A DNA stretch of 64,000 nt, taken from assembly GCA_963702025.1 (NCBI GenBank), contig OY969699.1, positions 64,001-128,000 on the forward strand. The letters run 5' to 3'. Every line of letters begins with the position of its first letter. Position 1 is the stretch's first letter. Position numbers and translations under genes: made by a program. The DNA comes from an uncultured bacterium. Lineage in GTDB: Bacteria > Babelota > Babeliae > Babelales > Vermiphilaceae. Shown piece by piece: positions 39,463 through 48,594 of this stretch. The notes under the pieces are model-generated. The model worked only from the letters and a program-made list of their open reading frames with translations, was not told the DNA's origin and ran no database searches.

Positions 39463-42400
39463 CTAACGAATCGTATAAAAGGTTATCATTGTAACGATAA
39501 ACCAGGCACCAAACTCAATGGGCCAAAATAAAATTTCAAAATAGGGGGTTAATGTTTCCAGCATAAACCGCTGGAAAGATCTGATTTTAATGGTCAGTAC
39601 ATGCACAATAAGAAGCAAAATCGTGATATAGGTGAAAAAGAAGAAATATTCAATATACAATAATTCACCGGCTTGATACTGGCTGCGCAATGTCTGATGC
39701 AATAAGATCAGCGAAAAAAAGACCGCAACGTATGCGCTCAATGATGAGAACATGTCATTGTATTTGCCACGCCGTATAGACACTAAGAAAATTGCGTAAA
39801 TTGAAAATAAAATGATCAAGAGCGGCAACAAGAATACGATAAATGGATTGGTCAATTTACGGGCAAGAATAAGATTATAATGCAAGCGTGGTTTTTCTGT
39901 TACATTCCTGAGTAGTTCTAATCCAATCTCATCAAACGCCGGAATTGGTATATAGCTAAAAAATGAACGCTCAAACGTGAACCCCGGAACATTAAGCTCA
40001 TTGCTAACACCGGGCAACGGATCAATATCAAATGATTTATAACTACTAAAATCAGGTACGAGAATAACATTGTTTACAAAATCAATACTCGTTACCACCA
40101 GATCTACATGAACACGATCAAAAGGGAACCAGGAAAAACGATGCTTTTGAAAGAATGTTGCTTCAACATCCCATCCGAGTATTTGCCCATCAGTATCTTC
40201 CTTATTTAAGATTTCTCGTACTTTAATTACCGTCGCTTCGGGAAATCTTATTCCTTGTATAACCGAATTTGTTGATTTAAATCGTTGCCATACATTGAGC
40301 GAAACCGTAATTTTATTCGGTTCAGCCAATGAGATAGAATTAATCAAAATGCCGGTTGGCACTATTATCGGTTTTTTCTCATTTCTTTGTTCAGCGTCGA
40401 GATTCAAAAATGCAACATATTTGTCTAAACTTATTTGATCTCGAATAATGATACTCTCACTACTGGGCTGATACGGGGCTCTTCCGGTAATTACCCAAAA
40501 AACTATTAACGCAATTACTAAAAGTGCGGTAACAAATACCGCCCATTCTTCTAATTTTTTTAATGTAAAATGTGCAAGGTCAACAAGATAGGTAATAAGA
40601 AATATAAAGGCAATTACCAATAATATTAATATCCATATCTCTTGTTTATGCATTCTTTGTAATGGCAGATCAAGAGATTCTTGCGAAAATAATACGGCAA
40701 CTACCCAGTTTGTAGATTTAATATGCTCAAAGTATATCCAATGCCGCAATCCATTTACCGTGTCAAAATAAGAATCAAAACTGCGATTTTTCTTCTTTAT
40801 CTCTTCCATAATATCTTTAAATTCAGGATTGTTTTGCTCTTGCGTAATATCCAGTAATGTTATCTGCTGTGAAGCATATTGGGCCAAAGGATGATAAATT
40901 ATTCTACCGGCAAGGGAAGTTATAATCGGGTAACCGGTTTTGCCCACTTCAACTTGCCGTATGCTTTGCAAAATCTTATCCATACGGTACACAATCATAA
41001 CAACACCGTCAGGCTCTTGTGAACCGTTAAGATAAAAAGGAAGGGCATAAAGCACCAATTGTTTTTTAATTTCCGGTTCATAAAAAGGATATGACCAAAA
41101 AGCACCTTTTTTTAACGCTTTATCAAACCATCCTTCCAACGGGTTTTTATCGGATCCAGGGATCATATAATCGTTAGTAAGCTCGCCTACTTGCATTTGT
41201 CCGTCAGCATCTCTTGCTGCTTGCAGGGCATACAATCTTCTTTGCGAATCAAAACGAAACGGTGCGTATGAAACGGTAATACTAACGGTATCCGGAAACT
41301 CTTTCAAATCTCTTTGTAATCGAATTTTAAGATCCTCTTTTTTGAGCATTTCGTTGCGTAAATCTTGCGCAATCGATTCTGCAACTCTCTCTATACCGGT
41401 GGTGTATTGCTCTATTGCATTAACTTGCGTATGAACCTTGAACTCCGCCAGTTCTTTGGTTGCGTTAAAAACTGACCAATGGGTTTGATACCGAATATAA
41501 ATTAAGAGCATTGCTGCGATAAAAGCTGTCATAAAGCCAATAAGAGAAATCGCTTTTAAAAAACGGTATGACTTCAAAAAAGAAAAAACTCGTTTAAAAT
41601 ACCAGGTATGACGGTAATCAAAAATTAATATTCCGAGCGCAATACATAAAATGAGAAGCAAAATACGATAACTAATTCTAAAAATAGAATACGGACTCAA
41701 AAGTTCGCTCATTTGAATGCCATCAGTGAGCCCAAGGTCAAGTTGCGGCACAAAAAGCCATGCGGCAGCAACCTCTATGCCAAACGAATCAATAATAACG
41801 CCCGAGCCCGAAAAACCCAGCGATGCGCGTCGCGCAGGAGTAATCGCATATTTATCCGGATTGGTTATTTTTTTGAATGCTACATTCGGGTATAAACGGG
41901 ATGGCGCAACAAAAAGTACCCGATCAACTATTTGCTTAGTAACAAAAATGTCACCGGTTTTACCCAAACCCTCATAATTCTGAATAATTTTATATAAAAT
42001 ATCTTCATCAATCAGTACCGCCAGCACGCCTACAAATTTATTTTCATTCATCACCGGAACTGAGATAAAAAGTGCGGGCATACGTGCCACCGGATCATTA
42101 CTAAACTCACTCACATCAATCGTAAGTGATAAACGAACTCGCTCAAATGACTGAGCCAAAGCACTTTTATTGAGTAGTTTTAAGAGATTTTTTTCTTCAA
42201 AAAGATCCATCTTACTTGTATAAAACATGGAGCCATCAGGCTGAACGAGAATGATATCTTTATACAAAAACTGTGATTGATAGTTATTCAGAAATTTATC
42301 TAATTTGACTTCAATCTTTTTGTATTCTGGATCAGTAATAGTACCGGTAAATGTTGCCGATAACTGAGTAAAGAGATCCACAAATTCAGCATTTTGCGCA

Positions 42401-42597
42401 AGTTTGCTGCATGCCGCTCGCTGGCTGATAAGCGCTTGGATAATTTGTTGTTTTCTATCCCTTGCAATGGCAATTAATCCCTGTTCAGTTTTTTTTGCAA
42501 GAGTAAAACGCGCGTACCAGTATCTTATAAAACAATAACTGGCAGCAAAAAATACCACTATACAAATTATCTTTTTCAGCCAGTTTGACGTGACCAT
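39463..42597 (-). CDS. Double Cache-domain pentameric ligand-gated ion channel (pLGIC)
   Basis: Two TM-flanked Cache regions (GLGKTGDIF; WF..WSYPFY; GKTGY..IIYHP), then an ECD with FPE and FPFD motifs and four C-terminal TMs (LLPL M1 proline). Confidence 0.75.
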   Translation of the reverse strand: MVTSNWLKKIICIVVFFAASYCFIRYWYARFTLAKKTEQGLIAIARDRKQQIIQALISQRAACSKLAQNAEFVDLFTQLSATFTGTITDPEYKKIEVKLDKFLNNYQSQFLYKDIILVQPDGSMFYTSKMDLFEEKNLLKLLNKSALAQSFERVRLSLTIDVSEFSNDPVARMPALFISVPVMNENKFVGVLAVLIDEDILYKIIQNYEGLGKTGDIFVTKQIVDRVLFVAPSRLYPNVAFKKITNPDKYAITPARRASLGFSGSGVIIDSFGIEVAAAWLFVPQLDLGLTDGIQMSELLSPYSIFRISYRILLLILCIALGILIFDYRHTWYFKRVFSFLKSYRFLKAISLIGFMTAFIAAMLLIYIRYQTHWSVFNATKELAEFKVHTQVNAIEQYTTGIERVAESIAQDLRNEMLKKEDLKIRLQRDLKEFPDTVSITVSYAPFRFDSQRRLYALQAARDADGQMQVGELTNDYMIPGSDKNPLEGWFDKALKKGAFWSYPFYEPEIKKQLVLYALPFYLNGSQEPDGVVMIVYRMDKILQSIRQVEVGKTGYPIITSLAGRIIYHPLAQYASQQITLLDITQEQNNPEFKDIMEEIKKKNRSFDSYFDTVNGLRHWIYFEHIKSTNWVVAVLFSQESLDLPLQRMHKQEIWILILLVIAFIFLITYLVDLAHFTLKKLEEWAVFVTALLVIALIVFWVITGRAPYQPSSESIIIRDQISLDKYVAFLNLDAEQRNEKKPIIVPTGILINSISLAEPNKITVSLNVWQRFKSTNSVIQGIRFPEATVIKVREILNKEDTDGQILGWDVEATFFQKHRFSWFPFDRVHVDLVVTSIDFVNNVILVPDFSSYKSFDIDPLPGVSNELNVPGFTFERSFFSYIPIPAFDEIGLELLRNVTEKPRLHYNLILARKLTNPFIVFLLPLLIILFSIYAIFLVSIRRGKYNDMFSSLSAYVAVFFSLILLHQTLRSQYQAGELLYIEYFFFFTYITILLLIVHVLTIKIRSFQRFMLETLTPYFEILFWPIEFGAWFIVTMITFYTIR

Positions 42598-43847
42598 CGG
42601 TTACCCCATGACTCATAAAGATCTTTAATAAACTGATCCCATGATTCTTTCTCTTTAAAAATCGGATAATTTACCGGTTTAATAGTTTTTTTAGAATCCC
42701 AAATTATTGAAAATTGCCCGTCGGCCCGAAGTTTGCCAACGTAGACCATTTTCCAGGTATTAAAACTTTCATGATCGGTATAAACAATTCCTGACGGGGC
42801 GCTTAGAACGCGGTCATGTAAATATTTTCTAACTTGATTGGCTTGAGATGACTTGGCATCAGAAATCGCTTGAGCCCAAAAATGAACACCAATATATCCG
42901 GCTTCGCATGCTTCATTAAGAACGCGAGCGGGGCCATATTTTTGTTTAAACTGTGATACAAAATTAGCGTTTTGCTCAGTCTCAAGACTTTGGAAATAAC
43001 TTGCGGTAACATAATCACCGGCCATGGCACTATTGCCAATCTGTGCAAACTCCACCTCGGTTACACTGCTGATAGACATTACGGGAATTTTTTCAGATGT
43101 AATGCCCCGTTCGCGTAATTCTTTAAAAAAGGCGACATTGCTTTCACCTTGAATGGTGTTGATAATAATATCAGGATTTGCTGCCAGAATTTTAGCAACC
43201 ATCCCTGTTACATCCGCGGCTCCCAACAAAATATAATCCTCGCCAACAATTTCGGCATTCACGCAGGCCACCACATTCTTTATTATCTGATTGGCTGTCC
43301 GCGAAAATATATAATCAGAACCAACTAAAAAAAATTTTTTGCCAAGATTATAGAAACTCCACAGAGCACAAACCGTTATTTGTTGATTTTGGGTTGCTCC
43401 GGTATACAAAATATGCGAAGAATCTTCGATCCCTTCATACGAAACAGGATATATCAACAAATTATCATATTTTTCCACTACCGCTTTTACCGCTTTTCGG
43501 CTCGCCGATGTCCAGCAGCCGATGATTGCATCAACCTTTTCATCTTTAATTAAGCTCTCTGCTTGTGCCGCAAAGATTTTTTCATCAGATTTACCGTCTT
43601 TAATAATCGGTATTATTTTTCTACCGATAATGCCACCCTGCTGATTAATTTCATCAATGGCCATAATTTCCGCATCAATCAACGGTTTTTCACTCATTGA
43701 TTGGCTCCCGGTAATTGAATGCAAAATCCCTATTTTTATCGGCTGTTTTGTATAAAAATAAAATGCGCAAGCAGCTGCTAATAGTACTACACTTGCAAAA
43801 AAAGCAGCAACAGCCAGTTGAAACTCTTTTTTTGTTCTCTCTTTCAT
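42576..43847 (-). CDS. UrtA/AmiC-like urea/short-chain amide binding protein
   Basis: IKIGILHSITG, GCWTSASRKAV, YEG.E, GSDYIF; N-terminal TM anchor. Confidence 0.9.
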   Translation of the reverse strand: MKERTKKEFQLAVAAFFASVVLLAAACAFYFYTKQPIKIGILHSITGSQSMSEKPLIDAEIMAIDEINQQGGIIGRKIIPIIKDGKSDEKIFAAQAESLIKDEKVDAIIGCWTSASRKAVKAVVEKYDNLLIYPVSYEGIEDSSHILYTGATQNQQITVCALWSFYNLGKKFFLVGSDYIFSRTANQIIKNVVACVNAEIVGEDYILLGAADVTGMVAKILAANPDIIINTIQGESNVAFFKELRERGITSEKIPVMSISSVTEVEFAQIGNSAMAGDYVTASYFQSLETEQNANFVSQFKQKYGPARVLNEACEAGYIGVHFWAQAISDAKSSQANQVRKYLHDRVLSAPSGIVYTDHESFNTWKMVYVGKLRADGQFSIIWDSKKTIKPVNYPIFKEKESWDQFIKDLYESWGNRWSRQTG

Positions 43848-43855
43848 TGCGCCAC

Positions 43856-45436
43856 CTATTTAATCATTTTTAAGAATTTGAGCAATGAAACTGCGTGACC
43901 ATCAATTTTCTCCCAGGGGTCACCTATTTTTTGTAATCGCGGTATAACAGTTTTTATGGTAAATTTCTGTGAAGTAAGTTTGGGATCATGAACTTCTTCC
44001 CACTTGAGCGGTGTTGCAACGGGAGCCATTTCATGCGGCCTCACTGAATAGGGCGCCACTGAAGTTGCGCTAAAACGATTACGCAAGGTATCAATAAAAA
44101 TTTTTCCGCCTCTTTTTTCTTTGCGAACCTCCAAAGTATACTTTTTGGGGTCCCTCTTAATCATTTCTTCAGCAATTGCGTAAGCAAATTGAGCAATTTG
44201 ATCAAAGGTATGAACACGCTTGAGGGGAACAACAACATGCATTCCACGTGAGCCTGTTGTCATAGCAAAACAGGGGATATCATGCTTATCAAAGATTTCT
44301 TTGATCAGCAAAGCCGCCTCGCGGATATCAGAAAATTCATTTTTTTTTGACGGATCAAAATCAAAGACCAGCCGATCAGGCGTATGAAGCTTATCGTAAC
44401 GAGAGAGCCATGAATGAAAGGTTAATGCGCCCTGGTTTGCAAGATAGACTAATGTTGCCGTATCATTTGGCACCACATAATTTACCTTGCCGCCTCCTTC
44501 CTTTGCAATGGCAGTTGTTTTGATCCATTTTGGAAAATATGAGCCTGCATTTTTTTGATAAAATGATTGTTTGGTGATTCCATCAGGAAACCGTTGCATA
44601 GTAAGAGGATGATTTTTTACATGAGAAACAATATATGCGCCAACGGCATTATAATAATCTAAGATTTCACCCTTAGTAATTTTTGATTCGGGGAACCAAA
44701 CTTTAGATTGATTGCTCAATTCTATGGTACGTGACCCAACTTTAATAGGGTCATCATCTTCTGAATCCCAAACCTTATCTTTATCTGAAGCAATTTTACT
44801 CAATGTTCTGCCAGTGAGCGCGGATACGTCTTTTTTTATTTTATTCTTTTTCGCTTGTTTAAAAAGATCAGCTCCTTTTTTCATTTTAAGAATTATCCAG
44901 CTGTTTTTATTGGAAAGGCCCGCGGTTTTGATGAGCGCATACGGGCCCCATAATTTCTTGCCTTGTAAAAATACTTCTATAGTGCCTCGAGCGTAGCATT
45001 CTTTCATTGGTACAATCTTGCCATTCTCTTCTTTGATGTTCACGTAGGTGCCAATATCCCACACCATCACCGTACCACCGCCATAATGCCCCTCGGGAAT
45101 AATTCCTTCAAAATCAGCATATTCCATTGGATGGTCATCGGTGGGCATCGCTAAATGGCGTACATTGAGAGTCTCTGGCAATCCTTTGGGAACCGCCCAT
45201 GATTTGAGCACGCCATCAATTTCTAATCGAAAATCATAATGCAAGTGGCTCGCATCATGCTTTTGAATAACAAAAAGTGGATTCTTTTTTGGCTGTTTTG
45301 CAACTTTTCCAAAAGGCTCAGCAGCTTTGACTGTTTTTTTTAAGCCACGACGTTGCCGATATGTTTTTAATGGATTTGAGGCCATGCTACATCCCACTAC
45401 TATGAAACTCAAAATAATGATGCTACTTGATTTCAT
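43856..45436 (-). CDS. ligD: LigD phosphoesterase + polymerase fusion without ligase domain; start at 45436 or 45385
   Basis: PE: FVIQKHDASHLHYDFRLE, SWAVPKG; POL: RFPDG, FYQKN, PDRLVFDFDP, TTGSRGMH, APYSVR; no ligase domain. Confidence 0.85.
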   Translation of the reverse strand: MKSSSIIILSFIVVGCSMASNPLKTYRQRRGLKKTVKAAEPFGKVAKQPKKNPLFVIQKHDASHLHYDFRLEIDGVLKSWAVPKGLPETLNVRHLAMPTDDHPMEYADFEGIIPEGHYGGGTVMVWDIGTYVNIKEENGKIVPMKECYARGTIEVFLQGKKLWGPYALIKTAGLSNKNSWIILKMKKGADLFKQAKKNKIKKDVSALTGRTLSKIASDKDKVWDSEDDDPIKVGSRTIELSNQSKVWFPESKITKGEILDYYNAVGAYIVSHVKNHPLTMQRFPDGITKQSFYQKNAGSYFPKWIKTTAIAKEGGGKVNYVVPNDTATLVYLANQGALTFHSWLSRYDKLHTPDRLVFDFDPSKKNEFSDIREAALLIKEIFDKHDIPCFAMTTGSRGMHVVVPLKRVHTFDQIAQFAYAIAEEMIKRDPKKYTLEVRKEKRGGKIFIDTLRNRFSATSVAPYSVRPHEMAPVATPLKWEEVHDPKLTSQKFTIKTVIPRLQKIGDPWEKIDGHAVSLLKFLKMIK

Positions 45437-45493
45437 TTTTTTATTTTTAGATTGCTTAAAACCAGAATTACATTGCAAGAGAATTTTAAAAGT

Positions 45494-46258
45494 TTAACGC
45501 AGAATGACTTGCATACCGTCAAAGGCAATAGCAACTTTAACATCACGTTCTTTACCAAGATTTTCAACTTTTTCTTCAACCTCACGAGCATTGCCCGCAA
45601 CAATTTGTGTACCACAATGGGTTATGATCGCACGCGGCACTTTTTCTTTTTGACACCAACCAAGTTGCGCTCGAATGGTGGTGTGCCCAAAGAGTTGATT
45701 GCCTTTACGCCTGACCATGGGTCTGAAAATCGTTGCGCCATCACCAATGTATAACCGCACATTTTTTAATGCCGCATGCCGTTGGTTAATTGAAATCAGA
45801 TCACCAGCATAATAGATGGTTGCCTTGCCGGCAGTTATTCGATAGCCGACACCCGGACATCGTATGGAATGCACCTCAGAAAAAACTTCGACCGTAAAAC
45901 CAACAATGTCCAATTTTTGCCGATCATGAATAACTATTTTTTCTTTGATGGGAAATTTTTTTAGTTCTTTGGTATTCCAACTATCCTTGGTTGCATAGAC
46001 CGGGCACGGTGCGCCATTTTTTAAACCCCATGCATGGTCAGGATGAGCATGTGTTAAAATAATTGCATGCGGTTTTATTGCATTCACCTTGCCGAGCCAA
46101 TCCAAACCGCAATCTATCAATATGCGTTTGCCTTTATAGGTGATCAAGGTAGAAGTATGGCGATAATGTTTTTTGGATCGCACATCGATATAGCCACGTG
46201 TGCCTAAAAAAGTAATCTTCATGCTATGAGCTTGAAAAAAGAGCTCACGCAAAGTCAA
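45494..46258 (-). CDS. MBL-fold metallo-hydrolase
   Basis: FLGT, IDCG, THAHPDHAWG, HS, GD, GH. Confidence 0.9.
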   Translation of the reverse strand: MTLRELFFQAHSMKITFLGTRGYIDVRSKKHYRHTSTLITYKGKRILIDCGLDWLGKVNAIKPHAIILTHAHPDHAWGLKNGAPCPVYATKDSWNTKELKKFPIKEKIVIHDRQKLDIVGFTVEVFSEVHSIRCPGVGYRITAGKATIYYAGDLISINQRHAALKNVRLYIGDGATIFRPMVRRKGNQLFGHTTIRAQLGWCQKEKVPRAIITHCGTQIVAGNAREVEEKVENLGKERDVKVAIAFDGMQVILR

Positions 46259-46342
46259 TAAAAAAGGCAGGTTTTTGAAGCCTGCCCAATTTTTACTTCC
46301 TTAAATGAAAAATGTGCTCATTGCTCTCTTTCTTTGGATTAG

Positions 46343-46666
46343 TTACGCAACAACAACTTTGTTTGCGGTAACGGTGATATCTAAAGTTTCGTCTTGTGAC
46401 GCCAAGAAAAGATGAGCTGGCTCATCAAAATTAACCAAAACTTCTGGTTGAGATATCACAACATTTCCCGCTTCATCTGTTTTAACTACAGAAAAAGTTA
46501 CCAATGCTTGTGTTTCTGTTTCATTTACTACAACTAATTGTGTAATGCTGATATTTGCGTCCATCTGGCCGTTTCTCAACACGTCAACGGTAGCAGCAAC
46601 TTCTGCATTTGCTGCAACTGCGAGCATTGATGCCAAACCGAAAGCAAAAAATTTAACTGATTTCAT
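46343..46666 (-). CDS. Small secreted beta-rich protein
   Basis: AAGGAG RBS before MKSVK; signal peptide. Confidence 0.65.
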   Translation of the reverse strand: MKSVKFFAFGLASMLAVAANAEVAATVDVLRNGQMDANISITQLVVVNETETQALVTFSVVKTDEAGNVVISQPEVLVNFDEPAHLFLASQDETLDITVTANKVVVA

Positions 46667-46798
46667 AGAAATCTCCTTATACTGTTTATTAATATTAGTA
46701 ATCATTACTTTTAAGGAAGCATCTTCTATTACTACTTTTTTTCTTTTATGATTACACAGTGTAACAAATGCCGGTGAAAACACAACGAATATTAAAAT

Positions 46799-47173
46799 TT
46801 ACACCTTTACGGCGGCAACTAATAAGCTAAACACTTCATCTTTGCCATTGCATTGCAAAGATGACATTCCCAAGCCGCGCTCAAGTGAAATGCTCAGATG
46901 CGGTGCGCCGCGCACCATAAAAGCATTACTCTCATTTGTTGTAGCGACAATAAAACGTATTTGTGCTTCAGAGTTCTCTCCAAGCAACTCCACTTCAATA
47001 TAGGTGCGGGCATCTTGATAAATTTTGTGTGTTTTACCATCAACTGATAATTCTAGTGGCTCAGATATAGCAACATTTATGTTTCTTATAACAGCCAGCT
47101 CAACACGCACGGTTGAAAACGCGGGAGCCACAAAACCCAAAATCCCCAATACTAAAAATGTCTTTAATTTCAT
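46799..47173 (-). CDS. Small secreted beta-rich protein, likely paralog of 46343
   Basis: AAGGAG RBS, signal peptide; V.RN, F.V..T.E and P shared with the neighbour. Confidence 0.6.
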   Translation of the reverse strand: MKLKTFLVLGILGFVAPAFSTVRVELAVIRNINVAISEPLELSVDGKTHKIYQDARTYIEVELLGENSEAQIRFIVATTNESNAFMVRGAPHLSISLERGLGMSSLQCNGKDEVFSLLVAAVKV

Positions 47174-47191
47174 AACTACTCTCCTTAATTT

Positions 47192-48571
47192 TTAAGCGGT
47201 TATTAATTCGATTTCATTTTCTTTTGTTTCTTGCGGTGGTGTCGCTGCACTTACCGGCTCATTAGCGTTAGCATTGCTTTGGTCGTTAATAATGTCATGG
47301 ACCACATCTTGTGTTACCACACTAACTATTTCAATCACAACAGGATCAATGGTAGCCGGCTTTTCATTATGTGCCTTTTGTTCCTGCTCTTCAACGCATG
47401 CAACTTCTTTATTTTCATCGCAGGGAATTTGCATCTTTTGGCAGGAATCAACTTCTTCAGCCATCATGTGTGGCACGTCAACCATCGGTTGCTCTTGTGC
47501 ATCAGTCGTATTGCAAGCGTCACACTCATAAGTGTACCGATCAAGCAATGCAATAATGGAATCACGATTTCCAACTTCTTGGGCTACCTGTACCAAAGTT
47601 TTACCGGAAGACTCTCTTTGAGCAACATCCGCGCCGGCGTCAAGTAACATCTGTACAATCTTTTCATCGCCTTTGACAACTGCCAAAAGTAATGGGGAAA
47701 AGCCACAGTCTACGCCTTTATTAACGTCCGCTCCTGCGTCGATAAGAAATGCAACCGTGTCCAGTGCATTTTTTTCTGCGGCGATAGCCATATGCAAAGG
47801 AGTAGCTCGATCAAGATTGCTACAATTTACATCAGCGCCATTCGTCAATAATAGGTTTATCAGAGGACCGTTGCAACAATAGGCTGCATAATGCAAAGCA
47901 GTATCGCCAAATTGGCTTGCGATGTTAATATTTACCCCCTCTTGGGCAAATCGCGTCAGTGTCTCAAAATCATTGTTGTTGATTGCAATTATGATCTGCT
48001 CATCTTGGGTCAATTCTCTGCAAACGTCGGCTTGTTCCATATCTTGATCAACGGCCACAACGCTTGAATAGGGCGCTTGCTCAACGGCATCTTTGCTTAA
48101 TTCTCTGCACACATCTGGGTCCATACCTTGATCAGCGGCCATAACGATTGAGCATGGCGCTTGCTCAACGGCATCTTGTTTCTCGCAAGGCATTTGTGCA
48201 TTTTTGCTTTGTTCAGTATCGCAGGAATCAACGGACGGCATCAAAGGCTGACTTACAACGCACGGCATTTTGCACTGATCATTATTTTCTTTTTTACTGC
48301 GGTAATAATCTTGGTGCTCTAAATCACAGAGCAATTGATCTTCATCAACGCAGGGTGAAAGAGAAAGAGAATCTTGTTTTGGCTCTTCAGCTTTTTTGAA
48401 CAAACTATAAACAATATAACCTGCAGCAACTGCGCCAATGGCTGCCGCTATTTTTTTTGTATTAGACCAGTTATTAATGTCATTAACTAAGGTATTAAAA
48501 ACAGAAATTCCCGGTTGAGTAACTCCGATCCAAAAAAGGCTCACAATACAAATAACGTGTAATACTTTCAT
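47192..48571 (-). CDS. Ankyrin repeat protein with low-complexity Cys/acidic flanks
   Basis: GDTALHYAA, ATPLHMAI, SPLLLAV; signal peptide plus TM. Confidence 0.85.
   Translation of the reverse strand: MKVLHVICIVSLFWIGVTQPGISVFNTLVNDINNWSNTKKIAAAIGAVAAGYIVYSLFKKAEEPKQDSLSLSPCVDEDQLLCDLEHQDYYRSKKENNDQCKMPCVVSQPLMPSVDSCDTEQSKNAQMPCEKQDAVEQAPCSIVMAADQGMDPDVCRELSKDAVEQAPYSSVVAVDQDMEQADVCRELTQDEQIIIAINNNDFETLTRFAQEGVNINIASQFGDTALHYAAYCCNGPLINLLLTNGADVNCSNLDRATPLHMAIAAEKNALDTVAFLIDAGADVNKGVDCGFSPLLLAVVKGDEKIVQMLLDAGADVAQRESSGKTLVQVAQEVGNRDSIIALLDRYTYECDACNTTDAQEQPMVDVPHMMAEEVDSCQKMQIPCDENKEVACVEEQEQKAHNEKPATIDPVVIEIVSVVTQDVVHDIINDQSNANANEPVSAATPPQETKENEIELITA
48012..48177 (-). repeat. Intragenic tandem duplication (about 28 aa x2)
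   Basis: DAVEQAP.S.V.A.DQ.M...DVCREL occurs twice. Confidence 0.85.
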
Positions 48572-48594
48572 AACTAAACTTTCAATCTAAAATT

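Noticed and set aside
45385..45436. Lipoprotein-like signal (IVVGC) on LigD
   Set aside because: The downstream MASNPLKTY matches the usual PE-domain start and has a GGGA upstream, so export cannot be supported.
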